Source of the DNA: Clostridia bacterium
GTDB taxonomy: Bacteria > Bacillota > Clostridia > Oscillospirales > Acutalibacteraceae
DNA length: 28,222 nucleotides
Assembly: GCA_900768035.1 (NCBI GenBank)
Contig: CAAGBH010000141.1
Span: forward strand, 1 to 28,222
Reading direction: 5' to 3'
Made by a program: the position numbers and the translations under genes. Under the pieces are notes generated by a model. That model did no database searches. It saw only the letters and a program-made list of their open reading frames with translations, and was not told where the DNA came from. Positions 1 to 8,458 of this stretch are shown one piece after another; positions within the stretch are counted from its first letter, which is position 1, and each line of letters starts with the position of its first letter.

Positions 1-820
1 CGGCAGATACCAGAACAACCGTTATAAAAATTATAAACGCCTTTAAAAATCGGTTGTAGAAAAACTTGTCACAAACATAAAGAAAAATCGAAACTATAAC
101 CGCAAGATGCATACCCGACACCACCATAACGTGTGCCACACCCGCCGATTTAACATTATCATAAAATTCATTAGTAAAATAACTTCTATCGCCCGTTAAA
201 AGCGCCAATATGGTTGAGGCTTCCCTGATTTCAAAGCCATCAAGAATTTCAGCCTTAATATAATCTCTCAAATTGCCAACCGCTCTTAAAACATAATCAT
301 ACTTATTAAGCGGAACTATATTTTTAGCATTTCCTTTAACATAAATATTCTTGCTGTAATTATCCTTTGCATATACAGAATCGGTCAAAGATTTAATATG
401 TATATCCGCCCTGAAATTCTGAGCAAATTCAAGATTTCCTTTATAATAAGTTAGTCTTATTTTACTTCCCTTTTCAAGCGTTTGGCTCTTAACTGTCTCA
501 ACTGTCGCCACATAATAATCCCCATAATATATCGGTTCTTCTATTACAATATATTCACCGTCACAGACGGTATCAGCATAATATTCCGAACGGCTAATTT
601 CAAAATTATGAAAATACAAACTTACCGATACCGCTAAAATGACCGCAAAAGAAAAAACAATCTGTGCTTTTATTTTTAAGAAAACCATTAAAAACACGAT
701 TGCCAAGAGTGTTATACAAATGATAAAAAGTGTCCTTTGGTGCGAAAAGGCAAGAGCCGATATCACACTTGAAAATACTGCGCTTAAAAGCATCGGTCTC
801 CTACTCAAAAAATCACACAA
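1..820 (-). CDS. comEC: ComEC/Rec2 family competence membrane protein, N-terminal part (runs off the window start)
   Basis: Not in the ORF track; I translated it by hand. Open frame from TTG at 820 (alternative ATG at 793) to the window edge. Hydrophobic N-terminus, then ALLTGDRSYF...VKSAGVAHVMVVSGMHLA, which is the ComEC G-x-x-H-x-x-x-x-SG-x-H motif. Confidence 0.88.
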   Translation of the reverse strand, partial: MCDFLSRRPMLLSAVFSSVISALAFSHQRTLFIICITLLAIVFLMVFLKIKAQIVFSFAVILAVSVSLYFHNFEISRSEYYADTVCDGEYIVIEEPIYYGDYYVATVETVKSQTLEKGSKIRLTYYKGNLEFAQNFRADIHIKSLTDSVYAKDNYSKNIYVKGNAKNIVPLNKYDYVLRAVGNLRDYIKAEILDGFEIREASTILALLTGDRSYFTNEFYDNVKSAGVAHVMVVSGMHLAVIVSIFLYVCDKFFYNRFLKAFIIFITVVLVSA

Positions 821-843
821 TAAAATTCAATCCTTTTTTATCG

Positions 844-872
844 TTTACAAAACTAATAATTTAGTGTATAAT
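844..872 (+). promoter_or_regulatory. SigA-type promoter for the DUF2975 gene
   Basis: TTTACA (844-849), N17, TATAAT (867-872); GAGGTGG RBS before the ATG at 896. Confidence 0.6.
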
Positions 873-895
873 ATCTTTTATCAAGAGGTGGTTAT

Positions 896-1318
896 ATGAA
901 AAAAACAAATTCAATAAAATTCTCTATAATTCTTACAGATCTATTCATATTATTGATTTTTGCCGTAGCAATAGCATTGCCGCTAATGGTCACTTGGTAT
1001 GTTGAAGCCACCAACCGCCTTGAAAGTCTTGCAACAACAATAATGGTAACTTGCTATCCCTGTGCACCTTTTACCATACTTTCTTTGCTTTTTTTAAGAA
1101 AACTTTTAATAAATATTAATAACAAAAACTTCACTACCGAACGCAATGTAAAATATCTCAAATATATGGCGCTTTGCTGTGTTATTATCGCTATAATAAC
1201 CCTCATCGCCGGAAGATACTATCTCCCGTTTTATCTTGTGGCAGGAACATTCCTTTTCTTAGCGCTTTTAATATTCGTGTTCAGAACAATTTTCATCAAT
1301 ATTTTTATAGAAGAATAA
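896..1318 (+). CDS. DUF2975-family membrane protein
   Basis: 140 aa with four hydrophobic segments and the pattern F..RNVKYLKYMALCC...YYLPF typical of DUF2975 proteins; good RBS. Confidence 0.7.
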   Translation: MKKTNSIKFSIILTDLFILLIFAVAIALPLMVTWYVEATNRLESLATTIMVTCYPCAPFTILSLLFLRKLLININNKNFTTERNVKYLKYMALCCVIIAIITLIAGRYYLPFYLVAGTFLFLALLIFVFRTIFINIFIEE

Positions 1319-1345
1319 TACCATAATTTTACAGTTATTTCAAGC

Positions 1346-1379
1346 AAAAAGCCCAACAGTCATTACTGTTGGGCTTTTT
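1346..1379. terminator. Intrinsic terminator, symmetric (potentially bidirectional)
   Basis: Perfect inverted repeat AAAAAGCCCAACAGT-catt-ACTGTTGGGCTTTTT. Confidence 0.85.
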
Positions 1380-1425
1380 AAGAATATAAAAGAAGTTTTT
1401 GGTATATATTATTAAGGGTGATTAT

Positions 1426-1896
1426 GTGAAAATCAAATGGAAAACCTTAATAATCTCTGTGGCAATACCGCTTATTGTCGGCGGACTCTCAGCACTTGTT
1501 ACACGAAACAGTATGCAGGATTTTGAGCAAATTTCAAAACCCGCTCTCGCTCCGCCGGGATGGCTTTTCCCTGTTGTTTGGACTATTCTGTTCACATTAA
1601 TGGGAATTGCATGTTATCTTGTTATTACCGCAAATGCAAGCATCAAGGAACAAAGCAGTGCTTTGAAATTTTATGCGCTTCAACTGATTTTTAATTTCTT
1701 TTGGTCAATTTGGTTCTTTAATTTAAAGGCTTATTGGTTTGCTTTTGTTTGGCTTATAGCACTTTTGATACTTATCATCGCCACAACTGTTAAATTCTGG
1801 CGCATTTCAAAACCCGCCGGTATTCTTATGTTACCATATATCGCTTGGGTAACTTTTGCAGGCTATCTTAACCTTGGAATAGCACTTATGAATTAA
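1426..1896 (+). CDS. tspO: TspO/MBR family tryptophan-rich sensory protein
   Basis: KPALAPPGWLFPVVWTILF, LIFNFFWSIWFF and LPYIAWVTFAGYLN motifs. Likely GTG start at 1426 after AAGGGTGA (the ORF track starts at 1399). Confidence 0.9.
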   Translation: MKIKWKTLIISVAIPLIVGGLSALVTRNSMQDFEQISKPALAPPGWLFPVVWTILFTLMGIACYLVITANASIKEQSSALKFYALQLIFNFFWSIWFFNLKAYWFAFVWLIALLILIIATTVKFWRISKPAGILMLPYIAWVTFAGYLNLGIALMN

Positions 1897-1940
1897 AAAA
1901 ATACTGACTCGCTAATATAGTGAGTCAGTATTCTTTTTTA
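1897..1940. terminator. Bidirectional terminator between convergent tspO and pgm
   Basis: AATACTGACTCGCTA...TAGTGAGTCAGTATT stem flanked by an A-tract and a T-tract. Confidence 0.85.
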
Positions 1941-1941
1941 A

Positions 1942-3645
1942 TTAAAATCCTAATAATTTACTTCCTTCGTTCTCAAGTAAAATTCTTTTTTCTTTAGCGT
2001 CCTGCTCGGTCTTGCCGACAGCATTCGAATAAAGTTTAATCTTAGGTTCTGTGCCCGACGGACGAACAATCAAAGAACTTCCATCCTGCAAATAAAAGCC
2101 TAAAACATTAGATTTCGGCAATGTTAAAACTGTCTTTTCGCCGGTACTAATATCAACACTTACAGAGTTTTGGTAATCTTTAAAGGTAACAACTTTTGTA
2201 TCTCCAACTACAGTAGGCGGTGTTTGGCGCAAACTCTCCATAATACCGCTTATTTTTTCCATACCGCTGATGCCCTCACAGGTGAAACTCTTTTGAGAAG
2301 AGAAATAATAACCGTATTTTTTATAAAGTTCGTCTAAAACATCAATCAAGGTTTTGCCCTGCGATTTATAAAAGGCTACCATTTCACAAATAAGCATTGA
2401 AGCATTAACCGCATCTTTATCCCTTACGTGTTCGCTTGAAAGATAGCCGTAACTTTCTTCAAAACCGAAGACATATCTATCCTGTTCACCTTTTTCTTCC
2501 AAAAGTCCTATTTGTTCACCGATAAACTTAAAGCCCGTCAACACATCAATCAATTCACAACCGAAATTATCTGCAATTTTCTTGCAAATCTCAGTTGTAA
2601 CAATAGTTTTTACCGCTATGGGATTTTTGGGCAAAGTTCCGTTTTCGGTTCTGCGGTCAAGAACATAGTTCAAAAGAAGGAAGCCAACCTCATTACCCGT
2701 AAACAAACGGTATTCTTCACCGTGCGGAATAGCGATACCAACTCTGTCACAGTCAGGGTCGGTAGCCAATAATAAATCAGTTTTTATATCCTCTGCCATT
2801 TTGAGAGCGCAAGCAAACGCTTCTTTGATTTCAGGGTTAGGATAGGGTGCTGTTGGGAAGTTGCCGTCAGGCAATTCCTGTTCCTTAACAACACTTACAT
2901 TCTTTACACCGATTTTTTCTAAGATTTTTCTTACGGGTTTATTACCGCTACCGTGCAAAGGCGTATAAATAACATTCAAATCAGACATATCAAGGTCAGG
3001 TGACACACGGCAATTTTCCACTTTTTCAAGAAATGCGTTTATTACTTCGTCACCTATATATTCAATCTTGCCGTCTTTAAGTGCAGTTTCAAAATCGATA
3101 CTTTTAACGTCCTCAAAAATATCGACCTTGTTCATAATATCAAGAACATACTCAGATGCCTCAAGACCTAATTGGCAACCGTCATTACCGTATGCCTTAT
3201 AGCCATTATATTTTGACGGATTATGACTTGCAGTTATAACAATACCTGCATCGCATTTTAAATATCTAACCGCAAAAGAGAGCATAGGAGTTGGCATAAG
3301 TTCTTTGTAAATATAAACCTTTATGCCGTTAGCCGCAAAAATTTCAGCAGCGGCTTTTGCGAAAGTATCCGATTTAATACGGCTGTCATAAGCGATTGCC
3401 ACCCTGCCGTTTTGGGTAACCGAATTAACATAAGCCGAAAGACCTTGAGTTGCTTTGCCAACGGTATAAACATTCATTCTGTTAGTACCCGCACCTATAA
3501 CACCACGAAGTCCGGCTGTACCGAATTCCAAATCTTTATAAAACGCTTCTTTTATATCTTCATCACTCATTGTTTCGAGTTCTTTTTTAACATCATTATC
3601 TTTGATTGCTTTTTCTTTCCAAATTTTATGTTTTTCGTATGCCAT
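1942..3645 (-). CDS. pgm: Phosphoglucomutase/phosphomannomutase (alpha-D-phosphohexomutase)
   Basis: FGTAGLRG, catalytic TASHNP, metal loop DPDCDR, GFEESYG and RPSGTEPKIK. ATG at 3645 with AAGGAGG RBS. Confidence 0.93.
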   Translation of the reverse strand: MAYEKHKIWKEKAIKDNDVKKELETMSDEDIKEAFYKDLEFGTAGLRGVIGAGTNRMNVYTVGKATQGLSAYVNSVTQNGRVAIAYDSRIKSDTFAKAAAEIFAANGIKVYIYKELMPTPMLSFAVRYLKCDAGIVITASHNPSKYNGYKAYGNDGCQLGLEASEYVLDIMNKVDIFEDVKSIDFETALKDGKIEYIGDEVINAFLEKVENCRVSPDLDMSDLNVIYTPLHGSGNKPVRKILEKIGVKNVSVVKEQELPDGNFPTAPYPNPEIKEAFACALKMAEDIKTDLLLATDPDCDRVGIAIPHGEEYRLFTGNEVGFLLLNYVLDRRTENGTLPKNPIAVKTIVTTEICKKIADNFGCELIDVLTGFKFIGEQIGLLEEKGEQDRYVFGFEESYGYLSSEHVRDKDAVNASMLICEMVAFYKSQGKTLIDVLDELYKKYGYYFSSQKSFTCEGISGMEKISGIMESLRQTPPTVVGDTKVVTFKDYQNSVSVDISTGEKTVLTLPKSNVLGFYLQDGSSLIVRPSGTEPKIKLYSNAVGKTEQDAKEKRILLENEGSKLLGF

Positions 3646-3688
3646 AGTTTCCTCCTTCAAATCAAAAAGCCAATATCATACATTTTTA

Positions 3689-3716
3689 ATTTTACCATAA
3701 TTTCGCAATAAATCAA
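3689..3716 (-). promoter_or_regulatory. SigA-type promoter for pgm
   Basis: TTGATT, N16, TAAAAT with an extended -10 TG. Confidence 0.5.
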
Positions 3717-3726
3717 TAGCAGTTTA

Positions 3727-3764
3727 TAAAAAAATCTCTTGCGATTGTATGTATCGCAAGAGAT
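3727..3764 (-). terminator. Intrinsic terminator of hppA
   Basis: 12-bp stem ATCTCTTGCGAT/ATCGCAAGAGAT followed by a T-run on the minus strand. Confidence 0.8.
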
Positions 3765-3774
3765 CTTTATCACA

Positions 3775-5862
3775 TTAGAAAATACTGAATTTCACAACCA
3801 AAGCCGCAAACACAATCGAAACCATTGATAAAAGTTTAATTAAGATATTGATTGCAGGACCTGAAGTATCTTTGAACGGGTCACCAACAGTATCGCCAAC
3901 AACCGATGCCTTATGTTGTTCACTGCCCTTTCCGCCATGAACACCCGACTCGATATATTTTTTAGCATTATCCCAAGCACCGCCCGAGTTTGACATAAAT
4001 ATTGCAAGCAAGAAACCGCTTACAGTAGCGCCTGCCAACATACCTACAACACCCGTTGTGCCCAAAACCAAGCCAACAACAACAGGAATAACAACTGCAA
4101 CCACCGTAGGCAATACCATTTCTTTTAAACTTGCTTTTGTGCACAAGTCAACACATTTTGCATAGTCAGGGTCAGTCTTACCTTCCATAATGCCTGTAAT
4201 TTCTTTAAACTGACGGCGAACTTCAACCACTACCGACTGTGCCGCCTTACCAACAGATTCCATAGTAAGCGCCGCAAAAACAAATGGCAGACAAGCGCCT
4301 ATAAACAAACCAATAAGTACGGTAGGATTCATAAGGTCAAAACCTGTAACCTCGCCGCCGACTTCCTTAACCTTATCAATATAAGATGCCATAAGCGCCA
4401 AAGCAGTAAGCGCTGCAGAACCAATAGCAAAGCCTTTTCCTGTTGCCGCAGTAGTATTACCTAAAGCATCCAAAGCATCGGTTCTGTTACGAACTTCACT
4501 TTCAAGTCCCGACATCTGAGCGATACCGCCCGCATTATCTGCAACAGGACCGTAAGCATCTGTTGCAAGGGTTATACCCAAGGTTGATAACATACCGACT
4601 GCCGCTAATGCAATACCGTATAAACCGTAAGATGCACCGCCGTCACTGAAACCGCCTGCTGTGCCATAAGCCACAAGCACGCAAACCGCAATTATGACAA
4701 TAGGAAGCGCTGTTGAGAGCATACCCAAAGAGAGACCGCCGATAATAATTGTGGCCGAACCTGTTTCACTCTTTGATGCTAAGTTTTTGGTTGGTTTATA
4801 AGATTCGCTTGTAAACAACTCTGTTGACTGGCCTATAAGCACACCTGCAATAAGGCCTGCAACAGTTGAGAAATAATAACCTATATTTTCTTTACCCAAA
4901 ACAAAATAAATAAGCGGTAAAGCAAGAATACCTATAACAATTGCGCTGAAATTAGTGCCTCGGCTTAAAGATTTAAGCAAGTCTTTTGGAGAGGCGTCTT
5001 CCTTTGTTCTTACAAAGAATGTTCCTATAATAGAACAAACTATACCCAACGCCGCCATTAACATCGGTACTGCTAAAGCATTAAAACTTCCGAATGCAGC
5101 AACACCCAACGCAGAAGCAGAAATTACAGAGCCAACATAAGATTCATATAAATCCGCACCCATACCTGCAACGTCGCCTACATTATCACCAACATTATCA
5201 GCGATAACGGCAGGGTTTCTCGGGTCATCTTCAGGAATTCCCGCTTCAACTTTACCAACGAGGTCAGCGCCGACATCAGCCGCCTTGGTGAAAACACCGC
5301 CGCCAACACGGGCAAACAACGCCATTGAAGAAGCGCCCATACCAAAGGTCAGCATAGCGCTGGTAATTTCAGAAGCCGAGCAACCAAAAATAAATTTCAA
5401 TATAAAAAACCAGATTGAAATATCCAAAAGTCCAAGACCAACAACCGTAAAGCCCATAACAGAACCTGCCGAGAAAGCAATTCTTAAACCGTTATTAAGT
5501 CCTGTTCTGCAAGCGTTGGCAGTTCTGCTGTTTGATGCTGTGGCAATTTTCATACCTATGTAACCTGAAAGCGCCGAGAAGAAACCGCCCGTAACAAATG
5601 CAAACGGAACAAACCAAGTAAGCATTTTCAAGGCAGCCATTACGCTTAAAATCACAAACATACAAGCAAAAAATATTATAACTACCTTATACTGACGCTT
5701 TAAATAAGCGTTGGCACCTGCCCTTATAGCAGAGGCGATTTTTTTCATTTTATCCGTTCCTTCGGAAAACTTCAAAACACGTTTAGCAGTAAGAAGTGCA
5801 TAAACCAAAGCACATACTGCGCCAATGAAAGTGATAATTACTAACAAATTCTCAATCTTCAT
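3775..5862 (-). CDS. hppA: Membrane-integral ion-translocating pyrophosphatase, K+-dependent, Na+ (probably Na+/H+) pumping
   Basis: GGGVFTKAADVGADLVGKVE, DNVGDNVGD, GGAWDNAKK and GDTVGDPFKD. GNTTAA (Ala, K+-dependent type) and DLYESY Glu. ATG at 5862 with GAGAGG RBS. Confidence 0.95.
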   Translation of the reverse strand: MKIENLLVIITFIGAVCALVYALLTAKRVLKFSEGTDKMKKIASAIRAGANAYLKRQYKVVIIFFACMFVILSVMAALKMLTWFVPFAFVTGGFFSALSGYIGMKIATASNSRTANACRTGLNNGLRIAFSAGSVMGFTVVGLGLLDISIWFFILKFIFGCSASEITSAMLTFGMGASSMALFARVGGGVFTKAADVGADLVGKVEAGIPEDDPRNPAVIADNVGDNVGDVAGMGADLYESYVGSVISASALGVAAFGSFNALAVPMLMAALGIVCSIIGTFFVRTKEDASPKDLLKSLSRGTNFSAIVIGILALPLIYFVLGKENIGYYFSTVAGLIAGVLIGQSTELFTSESYKPTKNLASKSETGSATIIIGGLSLGMLSTALPIVIIAVCVLVAYGTAGGFSDGGASYGLYGIALAAVGMLSTLGITLATDAYGPVADNAGGIAQMSGLESEVRNRTDALDALGNTTAATGKGFAIGSAALTALALMASYIDKVKEVGGEVTGFDLMNPTVLIGLFIGACLPFVFAALTMESVGKAAQSVVVEVRRQFKEITGIMEGKTDPDYAKCVDLCTKASLKEMVLPTVVAVVIPVVVGLVLGTTGVVGMLAGATVSGFLLAIFMSNSGGAWDNAKKYIESGVHGGKGSEQHKASVVGDTVGDPFKDTSGPAINILIKLLSMVSIVFAALVVKFSIF

Positions 5863-5879
5863 AAAAAACCTCTCTTGAA

Positions 5880-5945
5880 AAATTTTTCGGTGCAAAAAAA
5901 CTGCACCGATGATATATTAAAGGGTAATTATAACCCGAATATTTA
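5880..5945 (-). ncRNA. Structured 5' leader of hppA; candidate Na+ (DUF1646-type) riboswitch
   Basis: Leader reads AUAUU-CGGGUUA-uaau-UACCCUUU-AAUAU-AUCAUCGGUGCAG, then a hairpin UCGGUGCA/UGCACCGA. It lies between the promoter and the RBS of a Na+ pump gene. The family assignment is from memory of the motif and was not tested. Confidence 0.45.
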
Positions 5946-5981
5946 GAAAATTATAACTACATTTCATATATTTTACTTGTT

Positions 5982-6010
5982 ATTGTATCATATCGTTATA
6001 AATTTCTCAA
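5982..6010 (-). promoter_or_regulatory. SigA-type promoter for hppA
   Basis: TTGAGA (6010-6005), N17, TACAAT (5987-5982) with an extended -10 TG; implies a leader of about 110 nt. Confidence 0.65.
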
Positions 6011-6049
6011 TAAAAAAAATAAAATTTTTTAATATTTGTAAAATTTAAC

Positions 6050-6079
6050 AAAAAAAGAGCGGAGATTATCCGCCCTTTT
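6050..6079 (-). terminator. Intrinsic terminator of the metB-like/dapF/murE operon
   Basis: Minus strand AAAAGGGCGGA-taatc-TCCGCTCTTTTTTT directly after the murE stop. Confidence 0.8.
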
Positions 6080-7544
6080 ATAAATTTAATTCCTTTTTAA
6101 TCTCTGCCACGACTTCACGCTCATCGAAATGATAGCGAACGCCCTTGACCTCTTGATACGTCTGATGCCCTTTACCGAGAAGCACTATCATATCGCCCTT
6201 TTGAGCATTCTCGATACAGTATTTAATCGCTTCTTTGCGGTCATCAATCTCGATATACTTACCGCCCGACCTTGCAAGCCCTATCTTAATATCATTATTT
6301 ATTTCGTGCAAATCTTCATCACGGGGATTATCTTCTGTTAGGACACAAAGGTCTGCCATAGCGCCCGTAACTTCACCCATATCATATCTGCGAAGTTTTG
6401 AACGGTTACCGCCACCTCCGTAAACACATATAAGCCTTTTGGGTTTATATTCGAGCAAGGTTGTTAGCACGCTTTTGGTGCTGACTTCGTTATGAGCATA
6501 GTCAATAATCACAACAAAATCATCACAAACAGGCACAATTTCAACTCTGCCCTTAACCTTAACACTCAAAAGACCTTGTGCGATACTTTCGGTATTTACA
6601 CCAAGTAAGTGACAACACAAAATTGTAACAAGCGAATTATAAACCGAAAATACACCCGGTGTATAAACCGTGAAATCGGTTTTTAAAACACCGCTTGTTT
6701 TAAAACGCATTCCGAGTTTTGAATCTTGCTTTATAAACTCAATATTTCCCGCCTTTAAATCGGCATCGGTTTTAGTGGAATATGTCTTAACTTCGCAAGT
6801 GTGTCCCTTTAAAACTTCTTGTGTATGCTCGTCGTCAGCATTAACTATTGCAGTCTTGCATTGACGGAAAAGCAAACTTTTACACTCAGTATATTCTTCA
6901 AAACTTTCGTGTTCGTTAGGGCCTATATGGTCGGGTGACAAGTTGGTAAAAATTCCATAATCAAACTGGATTCCTGCCACACGGTCAAGTTTAAGACCTT
7001 GGGAAGAAACCTCCATAACGGCATATTTGCATCCCTTATCAACCATTGTTTTGAAAATTTTATGAAGTTCATAAGATTCGGGAGTGGTATTTTTCGTCGG
7101 CAATTTTTCATCACCGATTAAAATACCCGTTGTACCGATAAGTCCTGCCTTAACGCCCGACTGTTCCAACACGCTTTTTATCATATAAGTAGTGGTGGTT
7201 TTACCCTTTGTTCCCGTAAGACCAACCGTTACAAGTTGCTTTGCGGGATAACCGAAAAACGCCGCCGACATAAGCGCCAATGCTTTTCTTGAAGATTTAA
7301 CCTTTATCACGGTAATACCGTCAGGTATATCTTCAATTTCTCTTTCAACCACAACCGCTTTAGCGCCCTTTTCGATTGCCTGCCCTATAAAACTGTGACC
7401 GTCAACAACAGCGCCCACCATACAAACAAAAAGACAATCTTCAATCAGTTTTCTTGAATCATATATAATATCTGAAATTTCGGTTTGTAAATCACCCTTT
7501 AAAACCTCAAATTCAGTATCTTTTAAAATCTGCGAAAGTTTCAT
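6078..7544 (-). CDS. murE: UDP-N-acetylmuramoyl-L-Ala-D-Glu--diamino acid ligase MurE
   Basis: P-loop GLTGTKGKTTT, TTPES, MEVSSQ, FTNLSPDH, IIDYAHN, the meso-diamino-acid motif DNPR and GKGHQTYQ. Confidence 0.93.
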   Translation of the reverse strand: MKLSQILKDTEFEVLKGDLQTEISDIIYDSRKLIEDCLFVCMVGAVVDGHSFIGQAIEKGAKAVVVEREIEDIPDGITVIKVKSSRKALALMSAAFFGYPAKQLVTVGLTGTKGKTTTTYMIKSVLEQSGVKAGLIGTTGILIGDEKLPTKNTTPESYELHKIFKTMVDKGCKYAVMEVSSQGLKLDRVAGIQFDYGIFTNLSPDHIGPNEHESFEEYTECKSLLFRQCKTAIVNADDEHTQEVLKGHTCEVKTYSTKTDADLKAGNIEFIKQDSKLGMRFKTSGVLKTDFTVYTPGVFSVYNSLVTILCCHLLGVNTESIAQGLLSVKVKGRVEIVPVCDDFVVIIDYAHNEVSTKSVLTTLLEYKPKRLICVYGGGGNRSKLRRYDMGEVTGAMADLCVLTEDNPRDEDLHEINNDIKIGLARSGGKYIEIDDRKEAIKYCIENAQKGDMIVLLGKGHQTYQEVKGVRYHFDEREVVAEIKKELNL

Positions 7545-7545
7545 A

Positions 7546-8445
7546 CTATTCTCCTAAAATATGACTTGCGTCAATTTCGCCCTCAAAAACATTGTTGCTC
7601 GGTCCTGTCATAAACATACAGTTTGTATCTTCGTCCCACTCAATCAAAAGCGGACCGCCGATTTGTTCAACCGTAACCTTACGGTCGCACCTGCCTGTGA
7701 GAACACCCGCAACAACCGCCGTAGCGCAACCCGTACCGCAACCTATGGTTTCTCCTGTGCCACGCTCCCATTCACGAATTTTTATATAGTTACGATTAAC
7801 AACTTTTGCAAAAGTAACGTTGGTTTTATTCGGAAAAATGCTTGTCATAAACTCGATTTCTCTGCCGTATTTCTCGACATCCAAATCGTCAAGCGAGTCA
7901 ACAAACATTGCGGTATGGGGATTTCCCCACGATACTGCAGTTATATTGAATGTTTTATCCAAAACCTTAACTTCCTGCTCAACAAACTGAGGTAAATCGG
8001 TGCACACAGGGATAACTTTTGTATCAAGTCTCGGCTCGCCTATGTTAGCACGGATATTGGTAACAAACCCTCTGTCTTTATAAGGCATAGCCTTTTCGCT
8101 ATCCAGAGGTTCACGATTTTCAACCGTCAATTTTAATTTCTGAAGACCGCCGAGAGTTTCAATAACCAAATCGGTTTTATCGGTAAGTGCGTGGTCATAA
8201 ACATACTTGCCAACGCTTCGCAAAGCGTTTCCGCACATTTCACCCTCGGTGCCGTCGGGATTAAACATTCTCATTCTGAAATCTGCCGTTTCAGACGGAC
8301 ATATAAGCACCATACCGTCAGAACCGATAGCAAAATGCCGGTCACTTACAAACCTTGCAAGTTCCGGCAGATTGGTAAGTTTCTGATGTATGGCATCAAT
8401 ATAAACATAATCGTTTCCAAATGCCTGCATCTTAGTAAACTTCAT
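7546..8445 (-). CDS. dapF: Diaminopimelate epimerase family protein (divergent)
   Basis: FTKMQAFGNDY, both catalytic cysteines (EMCGN and GCGTG), GNPH and WERG. Confidence 0.9.
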   Translation of the reverse strand: MKFTKMQAFGNDYVYIDAIHQKLTNLPELARFVSDRHFAIGSDGMVLICPSETADFRMRMFNPDGTEGEMCGNALRSVGKYVYDHALTDKTDLVIETLGGLQKLKLTVENREPLDSEKAMPYKDRGFVTNIRANIGEPRLDTKVIPVCTDLPQFVEQEVKVLDKTFNITAVSWGNPHTAMFVDSLDDLDVEKYGREIEFMTSIFPNKTNVTFAKVVNRNYIKIREWERGTGETIGCGTGCATAVVAGVLTGRCDRKVTVEQIGGPLLIEWDEDTNCMFMTGPSNNVFEGEIDASHILGE

Positions 8446-8458
8446 TTTTATTCTTCCT

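Noticed and set aside
639..899. 86-aa plus-strand ORF
   Set aside because: Mostly antisense to the comEC N-terminus and spans the divergent promoter region; no recognisable motif.
5993..6010. Rex-box-like sequence TCGTTATAAATTTCTCAA overlapping the hppA -35
   Set aside because: At least three mismatches to TTGTKAA-N4-TTMACAA in very AT-rich DNA; cannot be distinguished from chance.
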